Below, one piece after another: positions 8,957-17,495 of a DNA stretch of 29,918 nucleotides; the stretch's first letter is position 1, and every line of letters begins with the position of its first letter. The translations under genes were made by a program, and so were the position numbers. The notes under the pieces were generated by a model. It did no database searches. It had not been told where the DNA came from and was given only the letters and a program-made list of their open reading frames with translations. Source of the stretch: Fibrobacteria bacterium. GTDB lineage: Bacteria > Fibrobacterota > Fibrobacteria > UBA11236. The stretch is taken from the NCBI GenBank assembly GCA_050486505.1, contig JBJHDK010000028.1, positions 1 to 29,918 on the forward strand, in the 5' to 3' direction.

Positions 8957-9888
8957 CAGCCGTCGTCTCCAGCGAGGGTCTCGAGCACGCGATAGTAGGA
9001 CTGAAGGCGAAAATCCGGAATGTCACCGGATTCAACGGCCGTTCGCACGGCGCAAGAAGGTTCGGTGCGATGCCTGCAATCGGTGAAGCGGCATTTGCCG
9101 AGAAAGGGGCGGAAATCGCGCCAGTACCCGGCGACATCCGCCGGATCGACATTCCACAACCCCAACTCCCTCAGACCCGGAGTATCGATGATGCGAATGC
9201 CATCCGTGGTTGCGTAGAGGTGGCTGGTCGTCGTCGTATGCCGCCCCTTGCCGTCGCGATCACGGACTTCGCCCACGCGCGGGTCGGATCCCGGCACCAA
9301 CGCGCGGATCAGCGAGCTCTTCCCGGCGCCCGAAGGGCCCGAGAGGACGGCGATGCGGCCGCGCAAGGCGGCCCGCAAGGCATCCAGGCCGTCATGCGTA
9401 ATGGCCGAGCACGACACCTGGGAATATCCGAGCTTGCGGAGATAATCCACTTCGACGGGCAGGGTCGGGTTCAGGTCGATCTTGTTGATGCAGATCAGCG
9501 CCTCGATCCCGAAGCGCTCGGCAACGGCAAGGTAACGATCGAGCAGGCGAGGGTTGAACGCCGGTTGGGCCGCGGCGGCGACCACCACCAGCAAGTCGAC
9601 GTTGGCCGCAAGGATCAGCTCGCGGGCATGCCGCTCGCCGGGACCGGGCCTCGAAATTTTTGAAGCCCGTGGAAGAATCCCCGTAATGAGGGGCTCCTGC
9701 GCAGGATCCCCCGGAAAAAACTCGACGTGATCTCCCACGGCGAAGTTTGAAAACTCCGTGAGATCGATCTCGGGACTGTAGGCGCACGCTGTTTCCGCAC
9801 CGTCCTCTTCGCGTACCACCGCGGTGCGCCGCTGCACCTCCACCAGAAGCCCCCTGCGCGTGGCCGGGCGCGAAGGTGCGGTGCTCAT
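8956..9888 (-). CDS. rsgA: Ribosome small subunit-dependent GTPase RsgA
   Basis: OB-fold (AVGDHV), circularly permuted GTPase motifs NKID, GPSGAGKSS, GRHTTT, DTPG, and Zn finger CRFTDCRH...PSC. ATG 9888 overlaps the ABC-F stop (ATGA). Confidence 0.95.
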   Translation of the reverse strand: MSTAPSRPATRRGLLVEVQRRTAVVREEDGAETACAYSPEIDLTEFSNFAVGDHVEFFPGDPAQEPLITGILPRASKISRPGPGERHARELILAANVDLLVVVAAAAQPAFNPRLLDRYLAVAERFGIEALICINKIDLNPTLPVEVDYLRKLGYSQVSCSAITHDGLDALRAALRGRIAVLSGPSGAGKSSLIRALVPGSDPRVGEVRDRDGKGRHTTTTSHLYATTDGIRIIDTPGLRELGLWNVDPADVAGYWRDFRPFLGKCRFTDCRHRTEPSCAVRTAVESGDIPDFRLQSYYRVLETLAGDDG

Positions 9889-11834
9889 GCGGCGCCGCTC
9901 TCCACGGTTTCCAACTCCCTGTAGAGGTCTTCGAGTTCCCGGTTCGCCGCTTCGCGTTCCTCCGCCAGCCGCCGCACCGCCTCGGGATCGGTGAAAACCT
10001 CCTCGCGACACAACTCGCGGTCGATCACGCCATTCCGTTCCTCAAGGGCCTCGATGCGCGCAACGACCTCGGCTTCCCGTTTCTCCCGGCGGCGGCGGGC
10101 CTTGTCGGCAGCCCTGTGGTCATCCCGCTGGTCGGACGCGGTTTCGGGCGAAGCATGCCTCGCCCCTACAGTCCCCCGTTGACCCTTGCCGCCGCCTTTC
10201 TTCTCTGCCGCTTTCTCCTCCTGCGCCTCGCGGCGCAGGTCGTCCTCGACCTTGTGGAGGTAATAGGCGTAATCGCCGGGGTACTCGGTGATCGATCCGT
10301 CGGCGACCCGCAAGACGCGAGTGGCGAGAGATTCGGTGAAGTCGCGATCGTGCGAGACGAACACGACGGTTCCGGGGTAATCGGCCAGCGCATCGAGAAG
10401 CAGATCCTTGGAGCGCACGTCGAGGTGGTTTGTGGGTTCGTCGAGCAGCAGGGCGTTCCCCGGCGCCAGCAGCAGCCGCGCCAGGCGCACGCGCGCGCGC
10501 TCGCCACCGGAGAGCACGCCGAAGCGCTTCTTTGCATCATCTCCCGAGAACATCATCGCGCCCAATGCGGCGCGCGCGGCATTGTCCCCTGCCAGGGGGA
10601 AGGCCTCCCGCAAGATCTCGAGAATCGGCGAAGCTTTCTCGGCGTCGGTGTGCTCGACGTATTGGGCGTAGTAGCCGGCGCGCAGGGCGCCGCCGCGGAC
10701 AAGCTCGCCTTCCTCCGGCTCGAGCTCGCCGGCGAGGAGCCGCATCAATGTGGTCTTGCCCGCGCCGTTGGGGCCGACGAGCGCGACCTTGTCTCCCGGT
10801 TCGATCGTGAAGTTGCCGCCGGTGAAGATCACCTTCTCCCCGAAGCGCTTGCCGAGATCCTCGCCCTTCCAGGCGATGGCGCCAGCGTAGTCGAGCGCGG
10901 GGAAACGCAGTCGCATCGACGGGCCGTCCTGCTCCACCTCGGCAACCTCGATGCGGTCGCGCTTCTTGATGGCACTGCGCGCCAGCGAAGCCTTGCTGGC
11001 CTTCGCCTTGAAGCGCTCGATGAACTTGTTCAGGCGATCAATCTCGTCCTGCGCCTTGGCTGCGCTCTTCTGTTGCTGCGCCACGCGCAGGGCACGCTCC
11101 TCCTCGTACTTCTCGTACGGGAGGGAATACAGGTCCACCTTGCCCATGCGCAAGTCGAGTACCCCGTCGCAAACGTTGTCGACGAAGCGGCGATCGTGGC
11201 AGATCAGCAGCACCGCGCCGGGGTAATTGCGCAGATAGCCTTCAAGCCACAGGATCGACTCGAGGTCGAGATGGTTTGTGGGCTCGTCGAGCAACAGCAC
11301 GTCCGGCTTGCGCAACAACAGCTGCGCCAGCGCCACGCGCATCTTCCAGCCGCCCGAAAGCTCCGAAAGCAGCTTGTCCTGCTGTTCGCGCTGAAAGCCA
11401 AGGCCGTGCAGCACCGACCGGGTCTCGGCCTCGGCGGTGTAATAACCTCCGTGAACAAGCGCATCCTGCAACACGTCGAGATCGTGCATTTCCTTGTCGT
11501 CGAGCTCGCGCTCACCCATGGCGAGATGGAGCTTCTCCAGTCGCCTCGCTTTTGTCGTCACATCGGAAAACGCCTGCATCGCGCCGGTGAAGGCCGTCGC
11601 ATCGGCAGGGAATTCCGCGTGCTGGCGCAGCATCCCCATGCGCAGGCCGCCGGATCGGATGACCCGGCCCGAGTCGCAGGGAACCTCGCCCATCAAAATG
11701 CCGAACAGGGTGGACTTGCCGGCACCATTCGAGCCGGCAAGGCAAAGCCGCCCCCGATCCGGGAGCTGGAAGGAAACATTGTCGAGGAGCGTGCGCGGGC
11801 CGAATGCCAGCGAGATGGCGTTTGCTTCAAGCAT
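9885..11834 (-). CDS. ABC-F family ATP-binding protein (ribosome-associated, YheS/Uup-like)
   Basis: Two ABC domains (GSNGAGKST and GPNGAGKTT, LSGG twice, DEPTNHLD twice), interdomain linker IERFKAKASKA, C-terminal coiled coil and no TM segments. Start placed at MLEANAISL. Confidence 0.92.
   Translation of the reverse strand: MLEANAISLAFGPRTLLDNVSFQLPDRGRLCLAGSNGAGKSTLFGILMGEVPCDSGRVIRSGGLRMGMLRQHAEFPADATAFTGAMQAFSDVTTKARRLEKLHLAMGERELDDKEMHDLDVLQDALVHGGYYTAEAETRSVLHGLGFQREQQDKLLSELSGGWKMRVALAQLLLRKPDVLLLDEPTNHLDLESILWLEGYLRNYPGAVLLICHDRRFVDNVCDGVLDLRMGKVDLYSLPYEKYEEERALRVAQQQKSAAKAQDEIDRLNKFIERFKAKASKASLARSAIKKRDRIEVAEVEQDGPSMRLRFPALDYAGAIAWKGEDLGKRFGEKVIFTGGNFTIEPGDKVALVGPNGAGKTTLMRLLAGELEPEEGELVRGGALRAGYYAQYVEHTDAEKASPILEILREAFPLAGDNAARAALGAMMFSGDDAKKRFGVLSGGERARVRLARLLLAPGNALLLDEPTNHLDVRSKDLLLDALADYPGTVVFVSHDRDFTESLATRVLRVADGSITEYPGDYAYYLHKVEDDLRREAQEEKAAEKKGGGKGQRGTVGARHASPETASDQRDDHRAADKARRRREKREAEVVARIEALEERNGVIDRELCREEVFTDPEAVRRLAEEREAANRELEDLYRELETVESGAA
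10146..10169 (-). repeat. GTAG-type REP-like palindrome inside the ABC-F CDS
   Basis: Minus strand reads GTAG-GGGCGAGGC-AT-GCTTCGCCC and translates as VGARHASP. Confidence 0.7.
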
Positions 11835-11928
11835 GGAGCGGTAAAGGTAGGAAGGGGGGGCGCCCTGCAGGACCCGCCCGGCAGGGGCGATTGCGGAGAA
11901 AACCCCCGTCTTTGCTACCCTTGCGGCC

Positions 11929-12753
11929 ATGAATCCCTGGATTCGGCTGCTGCGTCCCTGGAATGCACTCATCGCCGCCGCCGCGGTGTGGCTCGGATGG
12001 GCGAGCCTTTACTACCCCCCCGGCGTCGGCATGGCGGCTTGGGGCTCCCTCTCCATGTTCCTTCTCGTCGCCGCAGGCAACGTTCATAACGACGTCCTGG
12101 ACGTCGCGACGGATCGCATCAACCGGCCCGAGCGCCCCCTCGCCTCCGGTACCGTCGGGATCCGCGCGGCCAGGGTTTTTTCCGTCACGCTCTATCTCGG
12201 GGCGATCCTGGCCGCATGGTTGGCCGCGCCGCTGCATGGCCTGCTTGCGGCGTTGATGGCACTTCTGCTGGTCGCCTACAATCGCGTCCTCAAGGCCCTT
12301 CCCATTGCGGGTAATGCGACCGTTGCCGTCCTTTGCGCGATCGCAGTGTACTTCACGGAGTTTCCCGGAGTCCCTGCGGACACCTTGCCCGCGCTGGCCT
12401 TCGCCTTCATCGCCACCCTCGCGCGCGAGTTGGTCAAGGATGCGGAGGACTTCCCCGGCGACAAGGCCGCGGGTCTGCGCACGCTCGCGGTCGTCGCGAG
12501 TCCCGACGTCGCAAGACGTGCCGCTTTCATCATTGTGGTGATCCTGCTCCTGCTGTTGCCTTGGCCCATGTTGGCCTTCGGCCATCGCTGGCCTTACGCA
12601 CTGGGCGCGATCGTACTGGTCGGTCCATTCATCGTACCGCTCGTCGGAGAACTCTCACGTCCCGATGCGGACTACACGCGCTGCCAGAAACTCCTGAAGG
12701 GCGTGATCGCCGGAGGGTTGCTGGCGCTGTTGGCGGGTGTGGTGGGGAGGTGA
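11929..12753 (+). CDS. UbiA-superfamily prenyltransferase, DGGGP-synthase-like
   Basis: LLRPWN start, NDVLDVATDRINRPERPLASG, second motif RELVKDAEDFPGDKAAGLRTL, multiple TM helices. Confidence 0.85.
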   Translation: MNPWIRLLRPWNALIAAAAVWLGWASLYYPPGVGMAAWGSLSMFLLVAAGNVHNDVLDVATDRINRPERPLASGTVGIRAARVFSVTLYLGAILAAWLAAPLHGLLAALMALLLVAYNRVLKALPIAGNATVAVLCAIAVYFTEFPGVPADTLPALAFAFIATLARELVKDAEDFPGDKAAGLRTLAVVASPDVARRAAFIIVVILLLLLPWPMLAFGHRWPYALGAIVLVGPFIVPLVGELSRPDADYTRCQKLLKGVIAGGLLALLAGVVGR

Positions 12754-12776
12754 CTCCCTGGTGACGCGCGGGTTTT

Positions 12777-13027
12777 AATTACGAATTACGAATCAAGAAT
12801 TACGAATTAAACGCGGGGACAGTACGGACGTCGACTTCCGTGCAATAAGCTTGTGAAAACCGGATCGCGTGTTTGAGTTTGATTCCGGGAAGCGTCAGCG
12901 ACGATGTGGCGCGGGGCGATGACGCCCAAATCACAATGCATTGACCGGATTCAACTTGCCACGGCATGATTTTCAGGACTTCACCCCCTGCGTTTCATTC
13001 GTAACTCGTAACTCGTAATTCGTAACT
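12777..13027. repeat. About 250-bp intergenic element bounded by inverted heptamer arrays (AATTACG), roughly 42-bp imperfect terminal inverted repeats
   Basis: Left: aattacg aattacg aatcaag aattacg aattaaa cgcgggg. Right read on minus: agttacg aattacg agttacg agttacg aatgaaa cgcagggg. Confidence 0.85.
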
Positions 13028-13030
13028 GAT

Positions 13031-13978
13031 CTATAGATCGCGTATCTCCAACGTCCACCCGTGCCCTCCGGAAAGGACCGAGTGCCCTTTGTAGGCGTAG
13101 TTGAAGGCGAAGCGGGCCCAGACGAGCCCGACACCGAAGGCCGGGCCGTTGTCGGGGTCGCCCAACGGATAGCCCGTGCGCAGGAAAAGAACATCGTGCG
13201 TCATCCATTCCACCCCGAGCGGGAAGACGGGATCTTCTTCGTTGACCTTGCGCGCATCGAGGGCAAAGGCGACGCGGGATCCTTGCCGAAGCGGACGCTG
13301 GTAACCGATCCCCGCCTGCCACGATGTCGGTGCATCGACACGCTCGCCGGCTTCCTCGGTGGATGAGGTCCAGAAATCGAGGTTCATCACCGACGCGCCG
13401 ACGGAAAGGCCGTTTCCGATCTCACGCCACAATCCCGCATTCACGAGCCCTGCGGCATAGGTCGCGTTCGCGATGTTGTTCAACGCGTAGGCCGCGCTCG
13501 CACCCCAGGCGAAACCGAAGTCGTTCCCGGCCAGGCCCGCCTGTGCCTTCATGGTATAGGCATCGTACGGAGTCGTCGCGGCATTGTCCGCATCCCATCC
13601 GGGAATCTTCTCGAAGCCGAGGTAGCGCGCATGCAGGGTGATGCGGCGCGTATCCCATGGCAAGCTCCAGGAAACATGGCTGCCGCTGGTGCCGAATTGG
13701 CTGGGCGGGTATTCTTGGCCAAGGACAAGGGTCCCTGCCGATCTTGCGGCGGCGGCGGGGTTGATCTCCGAATCACCCGGTCCCTCGGCGAGGGCAACCC
13801 CTGCCCCACCCATCGCCGTCGAACGCGGCGAGAGGGACAACTTGAGAAACTGGAAGCTCGATGCCCCGAGCTGCATCTCCGCGGCACTGGAGGGGATCGC
13901 GAGGAAGGCTGCAAACAACGCCGGAAACACGAGGATGCCCGCGCGGGAACCATGGAAGGAAGGAAAAGCGGGGCGCAT
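13031..13978 (-). CDS. PorV/PorQ-family (FadL-like) outer-membrane beta-barrel
   Basis: Signal peptide then FQFLKLSLSPRSTAMGGAGVAL...INPAA, the PorV/PorQ N-terminal plug signature. Amphipathic beta strands, FLRTGY...GVGL...FNYAY end. Confidence 0.75.
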   Translation of the reverse strand: MRPAFPSFHGSRAGILVFPALFAAFLAIPSSAAEMQLGASSFQFLKLSLSPRSTAMGGAGVALAEGPGDSEINPAAAARSAGTLVLGQEYPPSQFGTSGSHVSWSLPWDTRRITLHARYLGFEKIPGWDADNAATTPYDAYTMKAQAGLAGNDFGFAWGASAAYALNNIANATYAAGLVNAGLWREIGNGLSVGASVMNLDFWTSSTEEAGERVDAPTSWQAGIGYQRPLRQGSRVAFALDARKVNEEDPVFPLGVEWMTHDVLFLRTGYPLGDPDNGPAFGVGLVWARFAFNYAYKGHSVLSGGHGWTLEIRDL

Positions 13979-14040
13979 GAGGGGGATAATCTATGAAAGT
14001 CCGGGCTTGCGGGCGCGGGCGCCGAAGGCTCCGAACGAGG

Positions 14041-15243
14041 TCAGAAGTGCGTTTTTACCCCGACGGCATAGGGATTGAAGGTCATCCAGCCGCGCTCCAG
14101 GGTCAGCGCGTAATCGAAATGGATGATGCGTGCCCGGCTCCAGCGATAAGCGTATCCAAAGCCGAACGTCGGGTTCAACCGATCGAGCCCCGCACGGAAA
14201 TGGGTGCGCTCGGCGATCTCCCACTCGGCACCAAGGCGCATCGCCTGCCGGTTGTAGGCGGGATCCGCCGTGAACAACGCGTCCTTCAACTGGTAATTCA
14301 TGACTTCCGCGGCAAAAGTCCATGGCCTCTCCCACAATGTCTTGCGCCACTCCACGGCCGCCACCACGGTTTTGGGAAAGTAGTCGCCGCCGGTCGAGAC
14401 GAATCCGAAACCCACATCCTCTCCGGTGACCGTCTGGTCGAATTCTGAGGTCATGCGCGAATTGAAGCCCAGGTTGCGGACGACCACGGCGGTGCTGAAC
14501 TCTCCGGAAAACACCCCCGCCCAGCGATGAAGCGCCCCCCAGGTTTCGGGAACGATCGAGGCAAGGCTGAAGGAGTCGTAACGCCGGTACCAGCCGAGGT
14601 TCACGCCTCCCACGAAGTCCACATCGCCCACGCGATCCCCCAGGTCGAGGGTGCTTGTATAAACTTGCAGCGCCGCACCGAAGGCATTGCGGCGTGAGGT
14701 CCGCATGCCCATGCCGAAGTAAGTCGCGAAGGCCTGCGGACGCGCCGTCCCGAGAAAATCCTCGTCGGAATCGTATGCGCGCACGTTGTAGTCCCCCCGG
14801 TTGACCACGCCGACGCCGAGGCCGAGGTTGTTGGTCGCAGGCCACTGCATCGAAAGGAATCCGCCGTTGCGGTCGAGGCTGCGCACCTCGCCGCCCATGG
14901 CGAACTCGGGGCGACGGTGGAAGGGCAACAGCGCCGGGTTCCAGAAGGCCGCGGGCGCGGCATCCTGCATTGCGGTGCCGGTGTTCCCGCGGCCCAGTTC
15001 CCGCACGCCCGCGCCCATGCGGTCGAGCCACCCCTCGTAGCCACCGAGGACCGCGCGGTCGGACGCAAACGCGGAGACGGAGACAAGAAGCGCCGCAGCC
15101 ACGGTGAGCAGTACAACCCTTCCGTATGGGCGAGCAGCGGCTCGCCCAGCCCGTGCGCAGGGAGCCCCCAAACGCTCCGAGGGAGGGCCCGCAAGGGGCT
15201 CCCAAACCCTCCGAAGAAACACCTGCAGGGAACCTGCGCTCAT
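14041..15243 (-). CDS. Second PorV/PorQ/FadL-like outer-membrane beta-barrel (start uncertain)
   Basis: MGAGVRELGRGNTGTAM...AFWNPALL plug signature, FRAGLD...FGFGY...FDYAL, C-terminal F. The ATG overlaps the upstream stop (ATGA), but about 40 repeat-derived residues precede the signal h-region. Confidence 0.7.
   Translation of the reverse strand: MSAGSLQVFLRRVWEPLAGPPSERLGAPCARAGRAAARPYGRVVLLTVAAALLVSVSAFASDRAVLGGYEGWLDRMGAGVRELGRGNTGTAMQDAAPAAFWNPALLPFHRRPEFAMGGEVRSLDRNGGFLSMQWPATNNLGLGVGVVNRGDYNVRAYDSDEDFLGTARPQAFATYFGMGMRTSRRNAFGAALQVYTSTLDLGDRVGDVDFVGGVNLGWYRRYDSFSLASIVPETWGALHRWAGVFSGEFSTAVVVRNLGFNSRMTSEFDQTVTGEDVGFGFVSTGGDYFPKTVVAAVEWRKTLWERPWTFAAEVMNYQLKDALFTADPAYNRQAMRLGAEWEIAERTHFRAGLDRLNPTFGFGYAYRWSRARIIHFDYALTLERGWMTFNPYAVGVKTHF
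15124..15147 (+). repeat. GTAG-type REP-like palindrome (GTAT variant)
   Basis: GTAT-GGGCGAGC-AGCG-GCTCGCCC. Same 24-bp length and GGGCGA...TCGCCC arms as the copy at 10146-10169. Confidence 0.65.
15160..15214. repeat. Two imperfect 21-bp direct repeats that also contain a 9-bp inverted repeat
   Basis: gggagcccccaaacgctccga (15160-15180) vs aggggctcccaaaccctccga (15194-15214), 17/21 identical. GGGAGCCCC and GGGGCTCCC are exact reverse complements. Confidence 0.6.
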
Positions 15244-16871
15244 CTCCGCCCCCGCGTCACGATCACCTTGCCGAACGCCTTTTCGCCCCGGTCGCTCTCG
15301 ACCAGCACATAGTAGGTTCCCACCGAGACCCGGCGACCGCTGTCGTCGCGGCCATCCCAGCGATCCTCGGCGACATTCTCGCTGCGGGCCACGCCGCCCC
15401 GGCGCGGTGCATTGCGCACGACCACGCGCACGCGTTCCATGGCGGGATTGTACACCGTGATGGTCACGCGCGCGTCGCGGCGCAGGCGGTACCCGATGCG
15501 CACGAACTCGGGCGCGCCCGCGGCGTTCGTGCCGGTATAGAGGGTGGGGTAAGTGATCACCTCCTCAAGCGCGCCACGCAGCACCCGCAGGCGATTGAGG
15601 TTCTCGAAGGTGGTGTCGACGAGGTCGAGGCGGCGGTAGAACACCCCCTTGACATTGGAACTCACGACAAGAATCGACTCACCGGTTCCCCTGCGGGCCA
15701 GAACGACTCCGGTGAGGGCCCCCTCTTCGCGGCGGATATCGAGGCCGTCCTCGAAATCGAGGCGCACGTCCCCCCCATTCGCGGAAGAACCGCTGTTGGC
15801 CAGCACCGTGTCACGGAAGAAGACGACCAGTCCCGGGCGGTCGAGGTTGAGATTGAGGTAACTCGTGTCGCCGGCGAACGCCGCCTGCGGCGCGGGGTGA
15901 GGCGCGGGCAGGAAGCCACGCAAGCCGGCGGGATCCGTGTCGACTCCCGGGCCGCGCTCGAGCGAATCGCGGAAGGTCACGCCATTGTCGTCGCTGAAGA
16001 AATACCGGTTGGCTGAAAAAGCCCAGACCAGCCCGCCATCGGGTGACGCAGAGATGGCACGGATGGCCAGCCCCGAGCCTCCGGCCGTGTCGACGCCCGG
16101 CAGGGCCACGTACGGGAATGAATCCGAGCCCCACAGCCCGCGGCGCACGCCACGCTGCGTGCCGACCAAGATCCACACGCTGTCAGGTGTTGAGGCTGAG
16201 AGCGCCACGGAAATCACCGAGTCAAGGCCGATCGGGGGGGGCGTCACGGTGTCCGCGCGGCACAGGGAATTCCACGCGCAGGTGGTCAGTTCCAGGATCG
16301 TGTCGGCATCCCAAGGGAAGGCCCGAAAGCGCACGGAATCGTCCGCGAGGGGGCGAGGCACGGCGATTTGCGAAGCGAGGCCGGAATGCGCGATGCCCAA
16401 GCGCCCGAAGGCGAAGACGACCGACGTGTCTCCCGCCGCTTCGCGGATGGCCAGCGCCGACAGCGTCGTCCCGTCGGCAAGGCCGGCGGCCGTATCGACA
16501 GGATCCCTGAAGATCAGGCTGTCCGCTCCCCGTACCGTGCCTTCGAAGCGCATGGCCGCCACGCGCGCCACGCGCTGCGAATCGGAAATCCAGAAGTTGG
16601 ACCGCAGAAGCAGCGATTGCCCCCACGCCGCTCCCCCTTGCACGTTGCCGTCGAGCGGCCAGTCACGGGTACGAATGACCGGAGGTTCGACGAAGAGATC
16701 CAGGGCACTGTAGGATCGGCCGTCCTCCGAGAAGGCGAAGACCCTTCCGAGCCCTTCCTCCTGCATGGCGATGACCTGGGAGATCGACTTGGAGGCGAGT
16801 GAAATCGAGTCTTGCGCCGCGGGCGCGGAAACGAGCAGGGCACAGGCGGCCGGAAGCAAAAAACGGGTCAT
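15240..16871 (-). CDS. Secreted beta-rich (propeller-like) protein with C-terminal FlgD-Ig / T9SS-CTD-like domain
   Basis: Signal peptide, Asp-box FSDDNGVTF, VWILVGTQRGV blade motif, and C-terminal YP...IGYRL...VTITVYN...VR...WDGRDDSGRRVSVGTYYVLV...KVIVTR. Confidence 0.75.
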   Translation of the reverse strand: MTRFLLPAACALLVSAPAAQDSISLASKSISQVIAMQEEGLGRVFAFSEDGRSYSALDLFVEPPVIRTRDWPLDGNVQGGAAWGQSLLLRSNFWISDSQRVARVAAMRFEGTVRGADSLIFRDPVDTAAGLADGTTLSALAIREAAGDTSVVFAFGRLGIAHSGLASQIAVPRPLADDSVRFRAFPWDADTILELTTCAWNSLCRADTVTPPPIGLDSVISVALSASTPDSVWILVGTQRGVRRGLWGSDSFPYVALPGVDTAGGSGLAIRAISASPDGGLVWAFSANRYFFSDDNGVTFRDSLERGPGVDTDPAGLRGFLPAPHPAPQAAFAGDTSYLNLNLDRPGLVVFFRDTVLANSGSSANGGDVRLDFEDGLDIRREEGALTGVVLARRGTGESILVVSSNVKGVFYRRLDLVDTTFENLNRLRVLRGALEEVITYPTLYTGTNAAGAPEFVRIGYRLRRDARVTITVYNPAMERVRVVVRNAPRRGGVARSENVAEDRWDGRDDSGRRVSVGTYYVLVESDRGEKAFGKVIVTRGRR

Positions 16872-16877
16872 CGAGGC

Positions 16878-17369
16878 TCAGCGGAAGTTGGTGAACTCGC
16901 AGGCGAAGTCGAAGTCGGCGGATTTCACTGCCTGAATACAGGCTTGCAGGTCGTCCTTGCTCTTCCCGGTGACGCGTACCTGATCGCCCTGGATCGAAGC
17001 CTGCACCTTGAATTTTTGGTCCTTGATCAACTTCACGATCTTCTTGGCATCTTCCTGCGCGATCCCCTTCTGAAAGGTCGCGACCTGGCGCACCGTCATC
17101 TTCGCCGCGGCTTCGGGATTGGAATACTTGACCATCTTCGGGGAGAGCCCGCGCTTGATCAGCTTGTTCTCGAAAATGTCGCGCAGCTGCTCCATCTTGA
17201 ACTCGTCATCGGAGATCAACGTCACCGATTCCTTGTCCAGCTCGATGGAGGACTTGCCTCCCTTGAAGTCGAAGCGCGTCGAGAGTTCCTTCTGCGCGTG
17301 CTGCACGGCATTGCGCAGTTCCTCGAAGTCGGCCTTGCAGACAATGTCAAAGGAAGATTCGGTCGCCAT
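16878..17369 (-). CDS. yajQ: YajQ family nucleotide/c-di-GMP-binding protein
   Basis: SFDIV...NAV...RFDFKG...AKKIVKLIKD.K.KVQASIQGDQVRVTGKSKDDLQ...FTNFR, 163 aa. AAGGAAGG SD before ATG 17369. Confidence 0.95.
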   Translation of the reverse strand: MATESSFDIVCKADFEELRNAVQHAQKELSTRFDFKGGKSSIELDKESVTLISDDEFKMEQLRDIFENKLIKRGLSPKMVKYSNPEAAAKMTVRQVATFQKGIAQEDAKKIVKLIKDQKFKVQASIQGDQVRVTGKSKDDLQACIQAVKSADFDFACEFTNFR

Positions 17370-17495
17370 GATTGCCTTCCTTGGCGTGATGGAGGAGAAA
17401 CGGCTGTGCGAGCGCGGCGTGGCGCCGCGGAAAACACGGTGTGCCAATGTACAAACAGGCCAGCGCCGGTGCCCGAAAAAACGGGATTTCGGGGT

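Noticed and set aside
9876..12089. 737-aa plus-strand ORF
   Set aside because: Antisense shadow of the ABC-F gene.
12777..13027. Possible CRISPR array or IS element
   Set aside because: Units are 7-bp tandem repeats with no spacers, and there is no cas or transposase gene and no clear target-site duplication.
12973..13322. Short ORFs ending in TNYELRVTNE or LRITSYELRMK
   Set aside because: Alternative frames of the porV-like gene running into the heptamer array. The apparent peptide repeat is translated DNA repeat.
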